Positions 63,068 to 64,000 of a stretch of 64,000 bases of DNA are shown here, one piece after another (the stretch's first letter is position 1; every line of letters starts with the position of its first letter). The DNA comes from Candidatus Nanohaloarchaea archaeon (GTDB lineage Archaea > Nanohalarchaeota > Nanosalinia > Nanosalinales > Nanosalinaceae). The stretch covers positions 30,043 through 94,042 of the forward strand of contig JACOQA010000004.1 of assembly GCA_014297435.1 (NCBI GenBank). Reading direction: 5' to 3'. Both the position numbers and the translations under genes were made by a program. Under the pieces are notes generated by a model that was not told where the DNA came from, did not search any database, and saw only the letters and a list, made by a program, of their open reading frames with translations.

Positions 63068-63139
63068 CCATCTCCTGTTTAAAAGATTTTCTATAGGCTG
63101 GCGTTTGTTGAAAAGTCTTCTCTACCAAAAATCAAAATT

Positions 63140-64000
63140 ATGGAAGAAAGAGGCTTGAAAATATTCGCACCCGAAGAGGAAGAACCCGGTAAGGACTCAG
63201 ACGTCTTCTTCAACGACGAGATGCGTACAAACAGGGATCTTTCCAGAATTGCTCTCAAAGTATTCCGCGACAAGATAGATGTTGATGAGTTTCGTATATG
63301 CGATCCTTTGTCCGCTTCAGGAGTGAGAGGTTTTCGGTATTCTGACCTAGGCAAACTTTACCTCAACGATACCAATCCAGAAGCAGTTGATTCAATAGAA
63401 AAAGGTTTAGAGGAGAACCAGATCGAGGCACAAGTATATAATAAGGATGCGAACGTTTTGCTCTCCGAGAACAGAAACCTCTTCCACTTCATCGATATTG
63501 ATCCTTTCGGACCGTTTAACCGGTTTCTTGATTCTACAGCCCGGGCTTCAAATCACCAGAGTTTTGTGGGTCTGACCGCTACTGATTTGGCTGCGCCGGC
63601 AGGAAGCTATAAGAAAACATGTATGAGGCGTTATTCCTCGAAGCCGTTGAAGAACTCTTTCATGCACGAGACGGGTCTCCGCATATATATTAAAGAGGTT
63701 TTCCAGAACTACGCACGTTTCGATAAGTGTTTCGACCCCAAGATATGCTGGCACGAACAGCACTACTCCAGAGTCATGGGGAGGGTAACTGAGTCAAAGA
63801 AGAGAACCAACCGCACGCTAGATAACATAGGATATCTTTCATACTGCCCCGAATGTAGATGGAGGAAACTTGAAAGAGAAGAGGAATGCGGCAACTGCGG
63901 TGAAGACACACAGATTGCGGGACCGCTCTGGACAGGCAAACTTGTTGACAGAAGATTTACCAAGGAAATGAAAGAAGAAATCCCTGAAGAATGGGTGGAC
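63140..64000 (+). CDS. trm1: tRNA (guanine26-N2)-dimethyltransferase Trm1; 3' end outside window
   Basis: It is absent from the ORF track because no stop is reached. My own translation from ATG 63140 gives FFNDEMRTNRDLS, CDPLSASGVRGFRY, FIDIDPFGPF, GLTATDLA, HETGLRIYIKE, and the Zn finger CPECRW...CGNCG...GPLWTGKL. Confidence 0.88.
   Translation, partial: MEERGLKIFAPEEEEPGKDSDVFFNDEMRTNRDLSRIALKVFRDKIDVDEFRICDPLSASGVRGFRYSDLGKLYLNDTNPEAVDSIEKGLEENQIEAQVYNKDANVLLSENRNLFHFIDIDPFGPFNRFLDSTARASNHQSFVGLTATDLAAPAGSYKKTCMRRYSSKPLKNSFMHETGLRIYIKEVFQNYARFDKCFDPKICWHEQHYSRVMGRVTESKKRTNRTLDNIGYLSYCPECRWRKLEREEECGNCGEDTQIAGPLWTGKLVDRRFTKEMKEEIPEEWVD

Overview
Compact archaeal chromosomal window, roughly 90% coding. 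It uses the standard genetic code: TAA, TAG and TGA all terminate recognisable genes. The predicted proteome is strongly acidic (D/E-rich), while GC looks only low to moderate by eye (not computed). Together with the small housekeeping set, this fits a salt-in halophile with a reduced genome, such as a Nanohaloarchaeota/DPANN-type organism; that assignment is inference. Housekeeping and translation genes: ABCE1, S17e, MetRS, ValRS, aRF1, Trm1 (partial), dCTP deaminase and TatD. A complete A-type ATP synthase operon lies on the minus strand in the order H-I-K-E-C-F-A-B-[extra ORF]-D. Secreted or surface proteins are numerous: two tandem vWA paralogues, a 1592-aa subtilase, a gluzincin-type metalloprotease, and COG1361/NEW3-like proteins. 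The window also holds an MMPL/RND exporter split by one in-frame TGA and two ABC-2 transporter loci, one of which sits between direct repeats. A thiol-redox neighbourhood contains a permuted DsbA-like protein, two CxxC membrane proteins, an HxlR regulator, DUF2892 x2 and a glutaredoxin. At 32.4-39.3 kb there is a block of large orphan genes, including a translationally coupled 545-aa/900-aa pair. I recognised no rRNA, tRNA, CRISPR array, transposase or integrase. The most notable candidates are the orphan pair (a TIM-barrel-like protein with a large insertion), the permuted DsbA plus CxxC membrane module, the cysteine-free ABCE1 FeS domain, the extra ORF inside the atp operon, and MetRS lacking a canonical start codon.
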